Position numbers and translations under genes: made by a program. A DNA stretch of 64,000 nucleotides from Felis catus (Eukaryota), in NCBI RefSeq assembly GCF_018350175.1, contig NC_058383.1:22384001-22448000 (forward strand). The letters run 5' to 3'. Shown here in pieces: positions 1 to 12,400 of this stretch. Position 1 is the stretch's first letter. The number at the start of each line of letters is the position of its first letter. The notes beneath the pieces are model-generated. The model was not told where the DNA came from and did not search any database. It saw nothing but the letters and a program-made list of their open reading frames with translations.

Positions 1-330
1 ATGGAAATGCAAACAGACCCACTCTGTCAGGCAAGTCAGCAACATTAATATTAAAGCACACGCCCTTCGTCCAAGAGATGTCAATGCTGTTTCTATCCCT
101 GGACATGAACCCAAACCCACACAGGTAAATACATACAGGAATGTTCATGACCGCATCATTTGCAACGGCAAGAACACTAACAACAACATCAATGCCCGTA
201 GTTATAGAACCAGTTCAATACATTATCCTGCATTCATAAAATGTTATGAAACTCTCAAAAGTAAATGAGGCCGCTCTATGTATCGATCCCCAGGAGACCT
301 TATCAAAAGGAAAAGCCATAGATGAATGGG
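1..330 (+). mobile_element. Old L1ME-like 3' fragment
   Basis: Degenerate L1 3'-end motifs (GGAATGTTCATGACCGCATCATTTGCAAC). Confidence 0.5.
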
Positions 331-532
331 TATCACAACAGGATTTCCCACTGGACAAAGAAAAATGGACAGGTGCCTATTCGGTCATTCATTCAACCAA
401 TATTTATTAAGCACCTACAATGTGCCAAGCACTGTCCTAGGTGCTGGGACTCCGCCAGGAGAAATTCCATCACAGTATGCATGACTGCACACGCCCGGAG
501 GAAGCCTGGGAAACTGCGAACAGTGGAGGCTT

Positions 533-688
533 TGGGTTGGTAAATTTGGCAAATAAAACAACAGGGCAGCTGGGTATATCGGAATTTCATATAAACAGTG
601 GCTAATTTGGTAGTACAAGTTTGTCCTACGCAATATTTGGGATATACTTATACTAAAAAAAAAAAAAAATTATTCCTTTAGCAACCTT
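533..688. mobile_element. MER53-like hAT MITE (internally deleted)
   Basis: TTGGCAAATAAAA...GAATTTCATATAAACA...GCAATATTTGGGATATACTTATACTAAAA matches the recalled MER53 consensus. Confidence 0.75.
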
Positions 689-1316
689 ACTCTGGAGGTG
701 CAGTGAGGGAGAATGAAGCCTCTTGAACAGGAGAGAGATTTCCTTTGGATGCTACTGTATGCGGTAATGTATTGCACTCCTTGGAATTATAATCAAGTAC
801 ATGCATTGCTTTTTGTTTTTGTTTTTTTTTTTTAATGACACAAATGAGTAAGAAGAGAGAAGAAATTCCAGCTTACACTGCAATGTGCTTTCCTGGCCAG
901 CTCGGCCCTTGGAGTCAGCCTGGCAGCCGGGCGGCCGCATTCCAGGCCCGGCTGCTTCTCTAAATGGAAGCACTCGTCCCACACCCCAGCAGCAAGCTAG
1001 CAAACAAGATTCCAGGCTGTGCTTTTTTTTTTTTTTTAAAAACAGGTTCGATGCAAAGAAAGAAATATAGAATGCAGTGGGGGAAAGAAACACCGGGCAT
1101 GGTAGAAACTAGCCTTTTCCAAGAGAATTGAGGGAAATAAAGTTACATCTCTTGAACAGCCTGTTTTTTTTAAAGATCTCTGGGGCCTCTCAGATAATCT
1201 CCGTCTGTCCTTCCCTCTTTCTTCAGAGAGATCTTATCACTCCGAGAGGGAAAGTGCATTTTGTGCAAAGATCCCATCCCCAATCATTATGTCCCAAATA
1301 TTTTCCGAGCACGAAC

Positions 1317-1545
1317 AATAATGATTATTTATAAAACACTATACGCCAGGCCCTCTTCAAAGCATGTTAACCAATATTAACTCATTGAATTATGTCAGTA
1401 ACCCCAGGAGATAGATGCACGTAATATCTTTTGTACATATGTGGACACTGAGGCACAGAAAGGCTCAGTAGTGAATGAAGACCACACAGCCGGCAAGCAG
1501 AGGACCCAGAATTCGAACGCAGCTAATCTGACCCCAGAGCCCACC
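1317..1545 (-). mobile_element. MIR SINE
   Basis: GTGGACACTGAGGCACAGAAAGG core. Further MIRs at ~2880-3060, 5900-6080, 16275-16530, 19635-19880, 51990-52210 and 54380-54560. Confidence 0.75.
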
Positions 1546-2259
1546 TCCTTCACCCCAGGCCACGCCTGTCGCAGGCACTGGGTGGTGAACCAGAAACCAG
1601 ACAGACACAGTCCTGTCTTCACGGAGCCTGTGGTTCGTGAGCGAATCAATCTAATATTGGGCAGATGGCGCTAGGCTCCACGACAGACACAAATAAACAC
1701 TGGAAAGGACCACTCACTCATTTATTCAACAAATATTTAATCAGGCCCTCATGTGCACCCAGCACTGCTCCAGGATGCAGCAGAAACAAGGCAAGCAGAT
1801 CCCCAGCCTCGTGAAGCTCATGGTCCAGTAAACACCCAGGAGGAATTTCAGAAAGGATGTCAGCAAAGGCCTGTCTGGAGAGGAGACTTCTAAGCCAGGG
1901 TGACATTTAAAGCTGAGACAAAGAACATGAGCTTAGCATCTGAAGAGGAAAGTATTCAGGGCACAGGGAACCACACAGCTGCAAAAACCCTGGGTGGGGA
2001 ATGAGTTCAAGTTCATCCTCAATCCCCAAACCCTTCCCTGGAGGCCTTGTCCCCCACAGCATCCCCCCTCCCATCCAAGCCAAAACAGCTTGCTGAGCTG
2101 AGCTCCCCTCCCAGCTATCTGCACAATCTAAGGCAGAAACAATTTAGCCTCTTGCAGTTTAGAGGCATGTGCTTGCTGAGTAATTGAAGTATTATCTTTT
2201 TTAACTCTCGAAATGAAGGCACTTCTGACTGTTCACGTTCTGACCAAGCTTCGAGAATA

Positions 2260-2287
2260 GCTGCTGCTGCTGCTGCTGCTGCTGCTG
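2260..2287. repeat. (CTG)9/(CAG)9 trinucleotide repeat
   Basis: Directly visible. Confidence 0.95.
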
Positions 2288-2392
2288 GGAGAGAAATGAT
2301 GTGGCAAATCCAGTACCCAAATGTACAGAGCAGATCTGTCTAAATCCAAGTGGAAAAAAACTAGGCCAGAAACCAGCAGAATCTCCAGCTTG

Positions 2393-2613
2393 CTCTCTCT
2401 CTCCCTCTCTCTCTCTCTCCCCCTCTCCCTCTCTTTCTCCCTCCCCCTCTTTCCCTCTCCCTCTCTCTCCCCCTCTTTCCCTCTCCCTCTCTCTCCCCCT
2501 CTCTCCCTCTCCCTCTCTCTCCTTCTCTTTCTCTCTCTCTCCCTCGCTCTCTCTCCCCCTTTCTCTCCCCCCTCTCTCTCTCCCTCTCTCCTTCTCTCTC
2601 TTCCTCTCTCTCT

Positions 2614-2657
<44 letters not shown>

Positions 2658-2662
2658 GCGCG
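2393..2662. repeat. ~220-bp CT-rich polypyrimidine tract followed by (CA)n
   Basis: Directly visible. Confidence 0.95.
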
Positions 2663-5019
2663 CCCTAAGGTTCTCTTCCTATCCCTACTCACAAAACCTC
2701 TGGGCATGTATTTTTGTCCCAAGCAGGACAGCAAAAATCAGTGCTCTTCACCAAAGCCGTCTCAGTGAGAGGAAGGGTTTAGAAATTACACATGTAAAAC
2801 TCTGAATCCGGGTTCTGAGCACAATGTCATCAACAAATGACAGCTATTATCATGCAGGAAAAATGGTGAAGAGTGAGAATCTGGAGCCAGACAACTTAGG
2901 TTGTAAATACTAGCTAGAGGCCAGCTGTGTGAGCAGAGCAGCTGCTCTGCCTCAACCTCCCCATCCATAAAATGGGTACTGTTATGACAGGGCTTACACT
3001 TCACACGAGTTACTACACGGGAGAGAAAGGCTGCAAACAGTGCTGGGCTCTCAGTAAGTACTATCTCCCTTGCTACCCTCTACTAGACCGCTACTCTTAT
3101 CACCATTCTGTTGTTGTTAGTAGTAGTAAGACCCAAATTGAAATTACCCGTGAATTCTTTCTCAAAGGACTTCTGACTACTCCACAAAAAAGCAGAGGCA
3201 AATGTGCCATAGTTACATAAGATCAGCAGCAGGGAAAACTGGATGAGGGGTATACGCGAACTCTCTGTATTAACTTTGCAGCCTTTCTGAAAACCTAAAT
3301 ATTCCAAAATAAAAGTTGTTTTTTTTTTAAGGCAGAGGCAAACATTTTCTCCCTGCCTCCTCAGCCCTTCTCCCTCACCAACAGAGAAATCCAAGTCTTA
3401 GAAAGGACATAACATCATGCACACAGATAAGAACCACACGCCCACCCCACACACAGCCCTCCCTCTGCCCTGTGAGGCTGCTTGTCAACTGGCGGGGAGT
3501 TAAAATCAAGTCCTCTCCCCAGGAGTAAAAATCCAGGACCTCTGCCTGCCATCAGGTTTTCTCTCTTGTGAATGAATATTTATTGAGTGCCCACTGTGTA
3601 CCAGGTACCGGTTCCAGGAGCCGGGGAATACAGTGAACAAGACATACACACAGGCAGCGATGGGAACTCAGAGAACATATTTGCCAGGCCAGAGTCCTCC
3701 TGTGGCCTCTGGTGCTGGGGAACGGTCACTGCAGGGTTTCTTTTTTGGCCACTTGAACCTTTGGGACCTCAGAGAAGGTGCTGCTACCAGCCAATTCCTG
3801 CAAAGGAGACTTTGGGGGCAGGGGAGAGGGGGGTGCGCTCAAAGCTCAGACGAGAGTCTGCAGCCCCAGGAACCCAATCAGGAGGGTTTCTGGGCAGGAC
3901 TGGCAGAAGCAACCCAATTTCCCATTTAATTCCTACTTGGCATTCCAAGGAGATGGGCAGGAGAGACCTGCCACGTTTGTCTTTAAAAAAAGACATTTCT
4001 CCCACGGCTTCCTCTTCTTCTAATTCCCTCATCTATCCATCTACTCTCCCCTTCCGCTCAAAGCTGTTTCCTGCAGATAAAAACACCCCACAACTTCCAG
4101 TCTGCAAAGTGAGATTGCAGCCAGCAGGCTCTAAATGCCGCGCGCTCCCAATCAAGCAGCAGGCGCCCCCGTGGAGTTAACGATTTTTCTTTTAGGCAAG
4201 ACAACCCATGCCTTCTACTTACCCTTAGGAGAAAGCCCATTGGGGAAGGGGGTGCATGCGATCGATCATGAAGGATTGGCTGCAGAGAGAGGGGCTCTTG
4301 CTGCACCGTACGAACCGTGAGCAATTTGGAACTATACCCAAAACCCCCACAAGCTCAGAGCCAGAACGACAGACACAATTTATATTTCCAACCCGTCTTT
4401 GGGAACTGCATTTTGATTAGGGAAGAAAGTTCATCCTGTGGATTAGTCAGTTCCAAGCAGGGGGAGGGGAGGAGGGAACAGAGGTGCCCCTTTTCAGTTC
4501 AGAAACCTCACAGGAGAGGGGGGAGGGTCCAGCAGGTCTAGAAATGGGGACACGAAGAAGGCGTGGCACATGGGACCAGATCCCACTGCCAGAAATCTCT
4601 AGCCAAGTTGAAAATGCACATGCCTTTTTACCCAGAGCAGTTTCATTTGCAGGACCCCAGATTACAGATGTGCTCACAGTCTTATGCCCGTCACCAGGAG
4701 GCTGCACGGGACATCCGCCGAAGGGAGCACTGTGTGGCTGTTAAAATGAACACAGCTGCTCTAGATGTGCTTGGAGAGCTCCACAATACATCGCCAGGTA
4801 AAAAACAACAAGCCAAGAAATGTGCATACGGTGTTACTAAGGGTATAAAAAAGATTCATACATGGACTATCTCTTTACTAAGACATCCAACACTAGTAAC
4901 AGTGCTGTCCCTCCAGAGACGAGAATAGAGCGCCTGGGGACAGCAGTCAAGAGGGAGATTTGTTGCTGCTGCATATCGTGTTATGCCTGCGGGATTTCAA
5001 ACTTCACATTACATATTTA

Positions 5020-5216
5020 TTTTTGTTAAATATTTATTTATTTTTGAGAGAGAGAGAGAGAGAGACAGCACAAGCAGAAGAGGGGCAGAGAGAGAGGGCG
5101 AGAATCGTAAGCAGGCTTCACGTTGTCATGAAGCTCAGTCCCACGAATGGCGAGATCATGACCTCAGCCTAAATCAAGAATCAGACGCTTAACTGACTGA
5201 GCCACCCAGGCACCCC
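5020..5216 (-). mobile_element. Can-SINE
   Basis: tRNA-like head, (CT)n, A-tail; TSD ATTACATATTTA. Confidence 0.9.
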
Positions 5217-5324
5217 TGTATTACATATTTAAAACAAACTATTTTAATGCATAATAGATAAATAAAAATACTTTGGAAAAAGAAGACAAAGGAGGTCATT
5301 ATCAATTATGATCAGCACATGCAT

Positions 5325-5328
<4 letters not shown>

Positions 5329-5368
<40 letters not shown>
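5329..5368. repeat. (CA)n microsatellite
   Basis: Directly visible; another lies at ~14259-14290. Confidence 0.95.
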
Positions 5369-5373
<5 letters not shown>

Positions 5374-6081
5374 TTGGCACTGGGGCTGTCTGAATGCTGC
5401 AAAGGTACATCCATCATTGTGTTCAAGCCAGTAAGTTGATACTTGATTTTTGTAACCAGGAAAATGGCCCAAGTTCTCAGCAGAGAGATTTGGGGGAAAT
5501 GTCTTCCCAACAGTCAAAGAACAGAGAATATATTGGTCTTACCAACAAATAAGGAATGGAATGCACAGTTTCCCCTAAGCTGTCTGTCCTGCGACAATTA
5601 TTACCCTTGACCTTCCGTGCCTTCTGCAATGCCAACCAATGTTGCAAATGCCAAAAGCCAGTTCCCAATGTCTCTGCTGCCTGAAGGCCAACCTGTGGCC
5701 CCTTTTTCAGTCCCACCCCTTTTTCCTTGGGAGCAGGTGGAGAAGCAGTGTTTCACAAGTTTGGCTGTGCTGAGTGGCAGATTTCCACTTCTGCACAAAC
5801 TCCAAGAATGACCTCAAAAAACAAACCATCAACAGGACCAAGGACAAGTCCTGAGCCCCAGTGAGAACTATCTCTCACCTAACACTATTCATAAAATGAA
5901 GAGTGTTAACTATTTGTCTTCTGGACACCTACTATAGTTCAGGCATAGAACTAAAGAATCACAGACATTACTTCATTGGACCCTCAAAACAACCCAGTAA
6001 AGTACAGTCATTATCACCCCAATTTACAGATGTACAAGTGAAATGAAGAGGTTAAATGGCTTGATAAGGATCACACACTTA

Positions 6082-6195
6082 GGGGCGCCCAGCTGGCTCC
6101 ATCAGTAAAGCATGTGACTCTTGATCTTGGGGTTGTAAGTTCAAGCCTCACATTGGGTGTAGAGATTACTTAAAAATAAAATGTTAAAAAAAAAA
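6082..6195 (+). mobile_element. Can-SINE, short old type
   Basis: GGGGCGCC...GGTGTAGAGATTACTTAAAA; TSD CACACTTA. Confidence 0.85.
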
Positions 6196-6709
6196 GATTG
6201 CACACTTAAGGATTGCATAGTGGCTGGCAGACAGTAGGTTATCATTAAGTAGTAACTACTATTATTACTAGTATTATTATTTTATTATGAATTTTTACCT
6301 TTGTCAATGTTGTCATACTCCTTCCTATCTAAGAGTCTTTGCACAGGCTGTGCCCTCCGCCTGCAATGCTTTTCTGCCCATCCTCGCCTATTTTTTATTT
6401 AAACTTCACTTAGTCAAGAAAGACTTCTCTGACCCCCCAAAATAAGAGAGGTCACCTTGACATACACTCTCACCCACCTTATTCTTTTCATTTATAGCAC
6501 GTATCATAACGGGAATTATACTATTATCTGTATAATTATTTGCCTGTCTGTCTCTCCTGTTAAGTGGTAAGCTCCATGAGGTAGGGACTGTTCTTGGCAT
6601 ACAGCAGGCATCAATTAAATACTAGATGGCAGGAACAGGGAGGAAGAGGTGGAAGGAGAGGCGAGGAAGGAACCAACAAATGACTGAACTTTAAAGACAG
6701 ACAGGGTCT

Positions 6710-6867
6710 GGGCACCTGGGTGGCTCAGTCAATTGAGTGTCCGGCTTCATCTCAGGTCAGGCCCTCACTGTTTGTGGGTTCAAGCCCCACAATGGGCTCT
6801 GTGCTGACAGCTCAGAGCCTGCTTTGAATTCTGTGTCACCCTCTCTCTCTGCCCCTCCCCTGCTCAT

Positions 6868-6920
<53 letters not shown>

Positions 6921-6947
6921 AATAAATAAACATTAGAAAAAAATTTA
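6710..6947 (+). mobile_element. Can-SINE
   Basis: TSD AAAGAYAGACAGGGTC. Confidence 0.9.
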
Positions 6948-8188
6948 AAGATAGACAGGGTCCCAAAAGATCAAGCGGTCCAATGCCCTCCTCAGCTCAC
7001 AGTTGAAGACAGGAAGATTCGTGGAGGTCAGGGTCAAATCAGACAGGATCCACTATTAGAAACTGGTCAGTTGCAGAAAACTGGTCCATTCCAGGAACTG
7101 GAGGACATGAGCTTCCATGCGACAGCTGAGTGAGCCAACTGCAGGTGCCTAGCAGAACCCCCCAACCGGTGATATCTGATATAGCAGGTGTTTGATTAGG
7201 GCTCCACCTAAGAAAATATGTGCATTTAAATTCACCTCAAGAACCTTTTTCCAAGCTTATGAAATCGGTCTGATTATCCCTTCACAAAGTCTAAAAAAGC
7301 AAAAAAAAAAAAAAAATTCTTCACACATCAACAAGCAGTAGTCTTTAGATTCAAAATGCCCTTGCAAACCCACAGGAAACGCTGCTCTTGTGTATCACAT
7401 CACAGCACGAAGTCCCCACTTCCTTCAGGGGGAAGAATGAAGCCATCTGGCAGGAGTTGCTCTCAGCTCTTTCCCGCCACCCCCCTCCCTGCTCAGGGCT
7501 CTACAGAGCTTCTCACTCATGCCTCCCCCACCCCGCTTATCCATCCCACTCCAACAGAAGCACAAACTTCATCCTCATGGGTCCTCCAGCCTGTTTATAT
7601 AGTTAGGCTCTCCATTCCAAGGGAAGCTTACACTATTTATATGGTCAATACCTCGCACAGAGCCTGGCACATAGCAGGTACTCAATGTTTACTGGATGGA
7701 TGGATGGTGGATGCATAGATTTATGAAAGGATACGTGAGTGGATGGGAGAATGAGTGGATAGATGGTTGGATGGATGGGTGAGTGGATGGACGAATGGAT
7801 GAAGAGCATTCCACCTGACCTTCAGATGCCCTTTCCAACCTTTCATATGATAGCTTACAAGAGATTAACTGTGCTTTTGTGTATTGCTTTAATCCAAACC
7901 CTAATTGTTGAATATAAAAAAATTTTTAATGGAAGCAATATTAGAATAAGGCTATTTATTTCCTCTCGCAGGGCCCTTGCACGTACTGGTCCTTCTACCT
8001 GCAATGCCCTTCTTCTTCCCCGTCTACCTGCAATGCCCTTCTTCCTCTCTTCTCATAGCTCTCTTCCCCTCTTCTCTTTTCCTTAAAGTGCCAGCATAAA
8101 TATCACCTGCACAAGAAGCCCTCCCTCATTAAACTTCCTAGATACCCCCCACAAGCTCACTATTCTCTTGAGTCCCTTATCTATTTCC

Positions 8189-8405
8189 TTTTTTTTTAAT
8201 GTTTATTTATTTTTGAGAGAGAGAGAGAGAAAGAGAGCACAAGCAGGGGAGGGGCAGAGAGAGAGGGAGACACAGAATCCAAAGCAGGTTCCAGGCTCTG
8301 AGCTGTCAGCACAGAGCCCGACGCGGGGCTCGAACCCACAAACTGCGAGATCATGGCCCGAGCCAAAGTCGGACACTTAAACCGACTGAGCCACCCCAGT
8401 GCCCC
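8189..8405 (-). mobile_element. Can-SINE (SINEC_Fc-like)
   Basis: TSD CTTATCTATTTCC. Confidence 0.92.
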
Positions 8406-8919
8406 TCTTATCTATTTCCCTTATACTTGTTTTAACTTGCAGTCTATTTTTCTGCTTACTTCTTTTTTGTGTCTCTCGTGCTATAAATGTAGGTTTGATG
8501 AAACACAGACTGGCTGTATGTCACACACTTTTTTCCCAGCACCTAGCATAATGCCTGCATATAGTATATCTTCAATAAATATCTGCTGATTGAGTTAATT
8601 AATCAGTTAGTTAAGTCAGTAAGAGGGAAATGGGCCCAAAGAAGTAAGTTTTAGGAGTTATGTCTCAAACAATCTTCTTGAATCAAATTAAATGATGCAA
8701 ATATCAGTAACAATTCGTGTGAAGTAAAATATATTTAAATTTTTTCATAAAATCCTGGCTCAGCAGTTTTTTTTGTTTTTTTTTTTTTTTTTGGCTCAGA
8801 AATCTCCAAAGGCAGAAGAGTAGACTGGAAGAGGGAAGAAGTAAAAACTTGCAAAATGCTTTGTCTTGCAAAAATGTGAATGGGTTGATTATCACATTAA
8901 AAGGCAAAGTTTCATAATT

Positions 8920-9623
8920 CAGAGAAAAAATAAAAATTCAAATATACGTGGTTCACAAGAGACTTGCTGAAAATAAAAAGACACAAAATAAAAATGAAAA
9001 AAGGGAAATCTGTAATGAGTAGGAATATTAATATCAGACAAAATTTAAAGCATGGAAATATTACAGAGGACAAAGATGAGTGTTCTGTATTCATAAAAAG
9101 TGTATCAATAATAACAATTCCATGTGCCTGGCTCTTTACATTTATTACATCATTTAAGCTCTTTACATTTATTACATCATTTAAGTATTAAAAAAAGAGT
9201 TATACTGGCATTATTATTATCACCAAGTTTGCAGGAGAATATAAAACCGTCCCATCATTTCATCATTTGCAAAGAGCAGCCAAGAAGGGTTTGAGCTTAA
9301 ACGTGTCTGACTTCACAAGGAAGGCTAGAGAATTGTGAAATTCTGACTCCTACAACATAAAACTACATGCAAAATACATAAAGCAGAATTTGTTTTAAAA
9401 AATATAAAGAGGGGAGCCTGGGTGGCTCAGTCGGTTAAGCGTCCGACTTCGGCTCAGGTCATGACCTCACAGGTTGTGAGTTCGAGCCCCGCGTTGGGCT
9501 CTGTGCTGACCGCTCAGAGCCTGGAGCCTGTTTTGGATTCTGTGTCTCCCTCTCTCTCTGCCCTTCCCCCGTTCATGCTCTGTCTCTCTCTGTCTCAAAA
9601 ATAAATAAACATTAAAAAAATTT

Positions 9624-9663
<40 letters not shown>

Positions 9664-10720
9664 AAGATGTGTTGAAAAAAATCACTATCATGGGAGACCA
9701 GCATACATTCTATCCAATCTTTGACAAAACAGTAGACATAATTTAAATTATAGAAGGCATTCAACTCAAGAAACTAGGAAGAAGCCATAACGCTGAGGAA
9801 ATAGTGAAGAATAAGGCAGGAATTAATACAACATGAAACGGAATTGAAGGATCAATTTAAAGGGAGGGTGTTTGAGGGGAGAACAGTAACACTCTGGCAA
9901 AGCTCGTCAAGAAGATTTCAAAAATCAAAAATAGGAACATCTCCGTAAAAATGAGAAACGAGACAGAACTTCAGATGGCAAGGAGGTTTTACAAATCACT
10001 ACAGAATAATATGTACAGTCCTGTAAGTTAGAATTCAGTTAAATGATTATTCTTGGGAAAACATACAAAGTATGCCAAAAATGGATACAATTGGAAATTA
10101 TATAATAATGGAATAAATTGGAAAAATGATCAAATAATTGATCTCAGAAAAGGCACTAGTCCCCAAAAGTTGTTTTTTATTTGTAGGTGGGGAGTGGTAT
10201 GGCAAATATGCTCAAACTTTTAAAGAACATTATCCTAAGTATCAAAAAAAAGGGGGGGGGGAGGAAAGAAAGAAAAGATAGGCTTCCCAGATGTTTTGAT
10301 GAAAAGAGCAAAAACTTGCTGAAGATAACAGACCAACAAAGTAAACTTCCAGACCAGAGATACTAAATGTAATGTAAATAAATTTAGCCCAATAACATAA
10401 CAAAAGAATAATGTCAGAATGAATCAAGTACCAGGGAGGATAGTAACAATAGATGTCATAAAGGTTACACATTATTTTGGTGTTTTACGATGAACATCGA
10501 TTTTTCAAAAGCAACAGTGTTATTTTCTGGGAGAAAATTGAAGTGATGATCCTATCTAGTGATCAAGAGAATTTGGAAATGTATGTATTGTAGGTGAGGG
10601 TATAGATTAGTGACCACTTCCCTGGAGAGCCATCCGGCAACAAAAACCTTTAAAATGACCAGGTCTCTGACACAGAAATTGCAATCTGGGGAACCGTGCT
10701 AGGATATGTATAAACAACAT
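8920..10720 (+). mobile_element. Fragmented old L1M ORF2 remnants (with SINE and MIR insertions)
   Basis: A-rich sequence with degenerate L1 endonuclease/RT-region motifs (ATATCAGACAAAAT, AAATACATAAAGCA, CTCAAGAAACTAG). Confidence 0.6.
9411..9660 (+). mobile_element. Can-SINE with (TA)n tail
   Basis: Full head/(CT)/tail structure. Confidence 0.92.
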
Positions 10721-10739
10721 TTCCGGTGTTTTTATGCCT

Positions 10740-11138
10740 CCTGTAGCCGTGCCCTTTGGTAATGTCCTCCAAAACATGCTCTGGGCTTGGCCACTGTCAC
10801 ATGCTTTGGCCTATGGGACAGACAAAAGCTTGACACAAACACAACAAAGTTTGTGCGTCGGGGACTTTCATGCTGCTGCTCTTGCAACTCTGTGATTGCT
10901 ATGTAGACAAGGCTGGCAGGCTGCGAGATGAGATACCACAGTCACCCAAACAATCCAAGCAATCCACCAGCTAGCTCGCTGCAAGCGCCTGAGTGAGCCT
11001 AACCTATATCCACAGATTCCAGCCCAGAACAAAAGAACTACCTAGCGCAAATTACAGCCCTGCCGAATGGAAGTATTTGTCGTTTTATACCACTAAGTTG
11101 TGGGATGGTTTGTTACACAGCAAAAGCTAACTAATACT
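10740..11138 (+). mobile_element. MLT1-type MaLR LTR
   Basis: Ends CCACTAAGTTGTGGGATGGTTTGTTACACAGCAAAAGCTAACTAATAC. Confidence 0.75.
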
Positions 11139-12151
11139 AAGGATACTAACTTATCCTTAGGAAATATTCAGAAATAGCCATCCAAAGAGACAAATAGACA
11201 AAGATGTTATATGTAACAGTAATATTACTATTACATATTGATATTAAATATTAACATTATTTAAATATACTTAAATAATATTAAATAATAGGGGCTGCTT
11301 TAGGTAAATTTTGGTATATACATTCCAAGAAAATCCACACAATCATTAACAATCCTTTGTAGAAAAACGTTTGATGTGGCAAATATTTACAATGTACAAT
11401 TTAGTGAAAAAAGAAGACAATAAAACAGTATTATGGTATGACATGATTTTGGTTAAAACATGAAAATAATTACACATATTTATCTGCATGGAAAAACACT
11501 GGAATGACAAAAAAAATGTTACCAGTGTCAGTCTTTGAACATGAGGGGTTTTTCCTTTTTCTTTCTTTTTCCTTTTTTTTTTTTTTTTCTTTACACTTTT
11601 CATATTTTCTGCATTGATCCTAAGTCAGGACTTGCAAACAATCACTGGGCTGCCCTGGGAGCTGAACCTGGGACACTCTGAGCCCACGGAAGGCCACTGC
11701 TGAGAAATCAGATAAAGGGTAATCCAGGCATGGATGTTAGAAAATCCTCCTAGTATAATCCCTGTTAAACCAGCCTAAGCATGGTGCTTGTCAGCACACT
11801 TGGGAAAAGCAAAAGGAGAGAGAGCTAGAATAGAGCCGCCATGTTGCTGGCAAAGCCCTTCATGCCATGGTCAATGTATCGACTCCACATCCACCAAGGT
11901 TTCCTGGCTTCTCCTGTCTACAAGTGTCATTCTCTCCTCCAGGCTCTCTCTCCCATATTCCCTTCTTACCTTTCTCTTTATCTATTGGTCTTTTGGATTT
12001 TCTCAGAGTCTCTTTGAGGGTAACAGGAGAGTTCAAATAAGGGGCTAGCAGAGAGGTATCCAAAGATAAAGTACATCCAGGGTCTTAGCATGGCTCCCCC
12101 GTTACACTCCATCAGACCATCCCTACAGTCAAGAATACGCACAAGGGCCAA

Positions 12152-12340
12152 GGGCACCTGGGTGGCTCAGTTAGTTAAGCACCTGACTCTTGGTCTCAGC
12201 TCAGGTCATGACCTCACAGCTTGTGAGTTCAAGCCCCACATTAGGCTCTGTTCTGACTGTGTGGAACCTGCTTGGGATTCTCTCTCCCTCTCTCTGTCCC
12301 TTCTGGCTCGCTTGCACTCTCTCTCTCTATCTCTCTCAAA

Positions 12341-12388
<48 letters not shown>

Positions 12389-12400
12389 GCAAGCTTAAAA
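12152..12400 (+). mobile_element. Can-SINE with (TAGA)n tail
   Basis: Full structure with a tetranucleotide expansion in the tail. Confidence 0.9.

Noticed and set aside
2201..2768. ORFs with poly-Q, ER-rich and SL-rich tracts
   Set aside because: Translations of microsatellites.
3587..4180. 197-aa plus-strand ORF
   Set aside because: GTG start inside an L2-like tail; no domain similarity recognised.
7994..8044. 29-bp-period duplication of TCTACCTGCAATGCCCTTCTTC
   Set aside because: Ordinary slippage duplication inside an L2 remnant.
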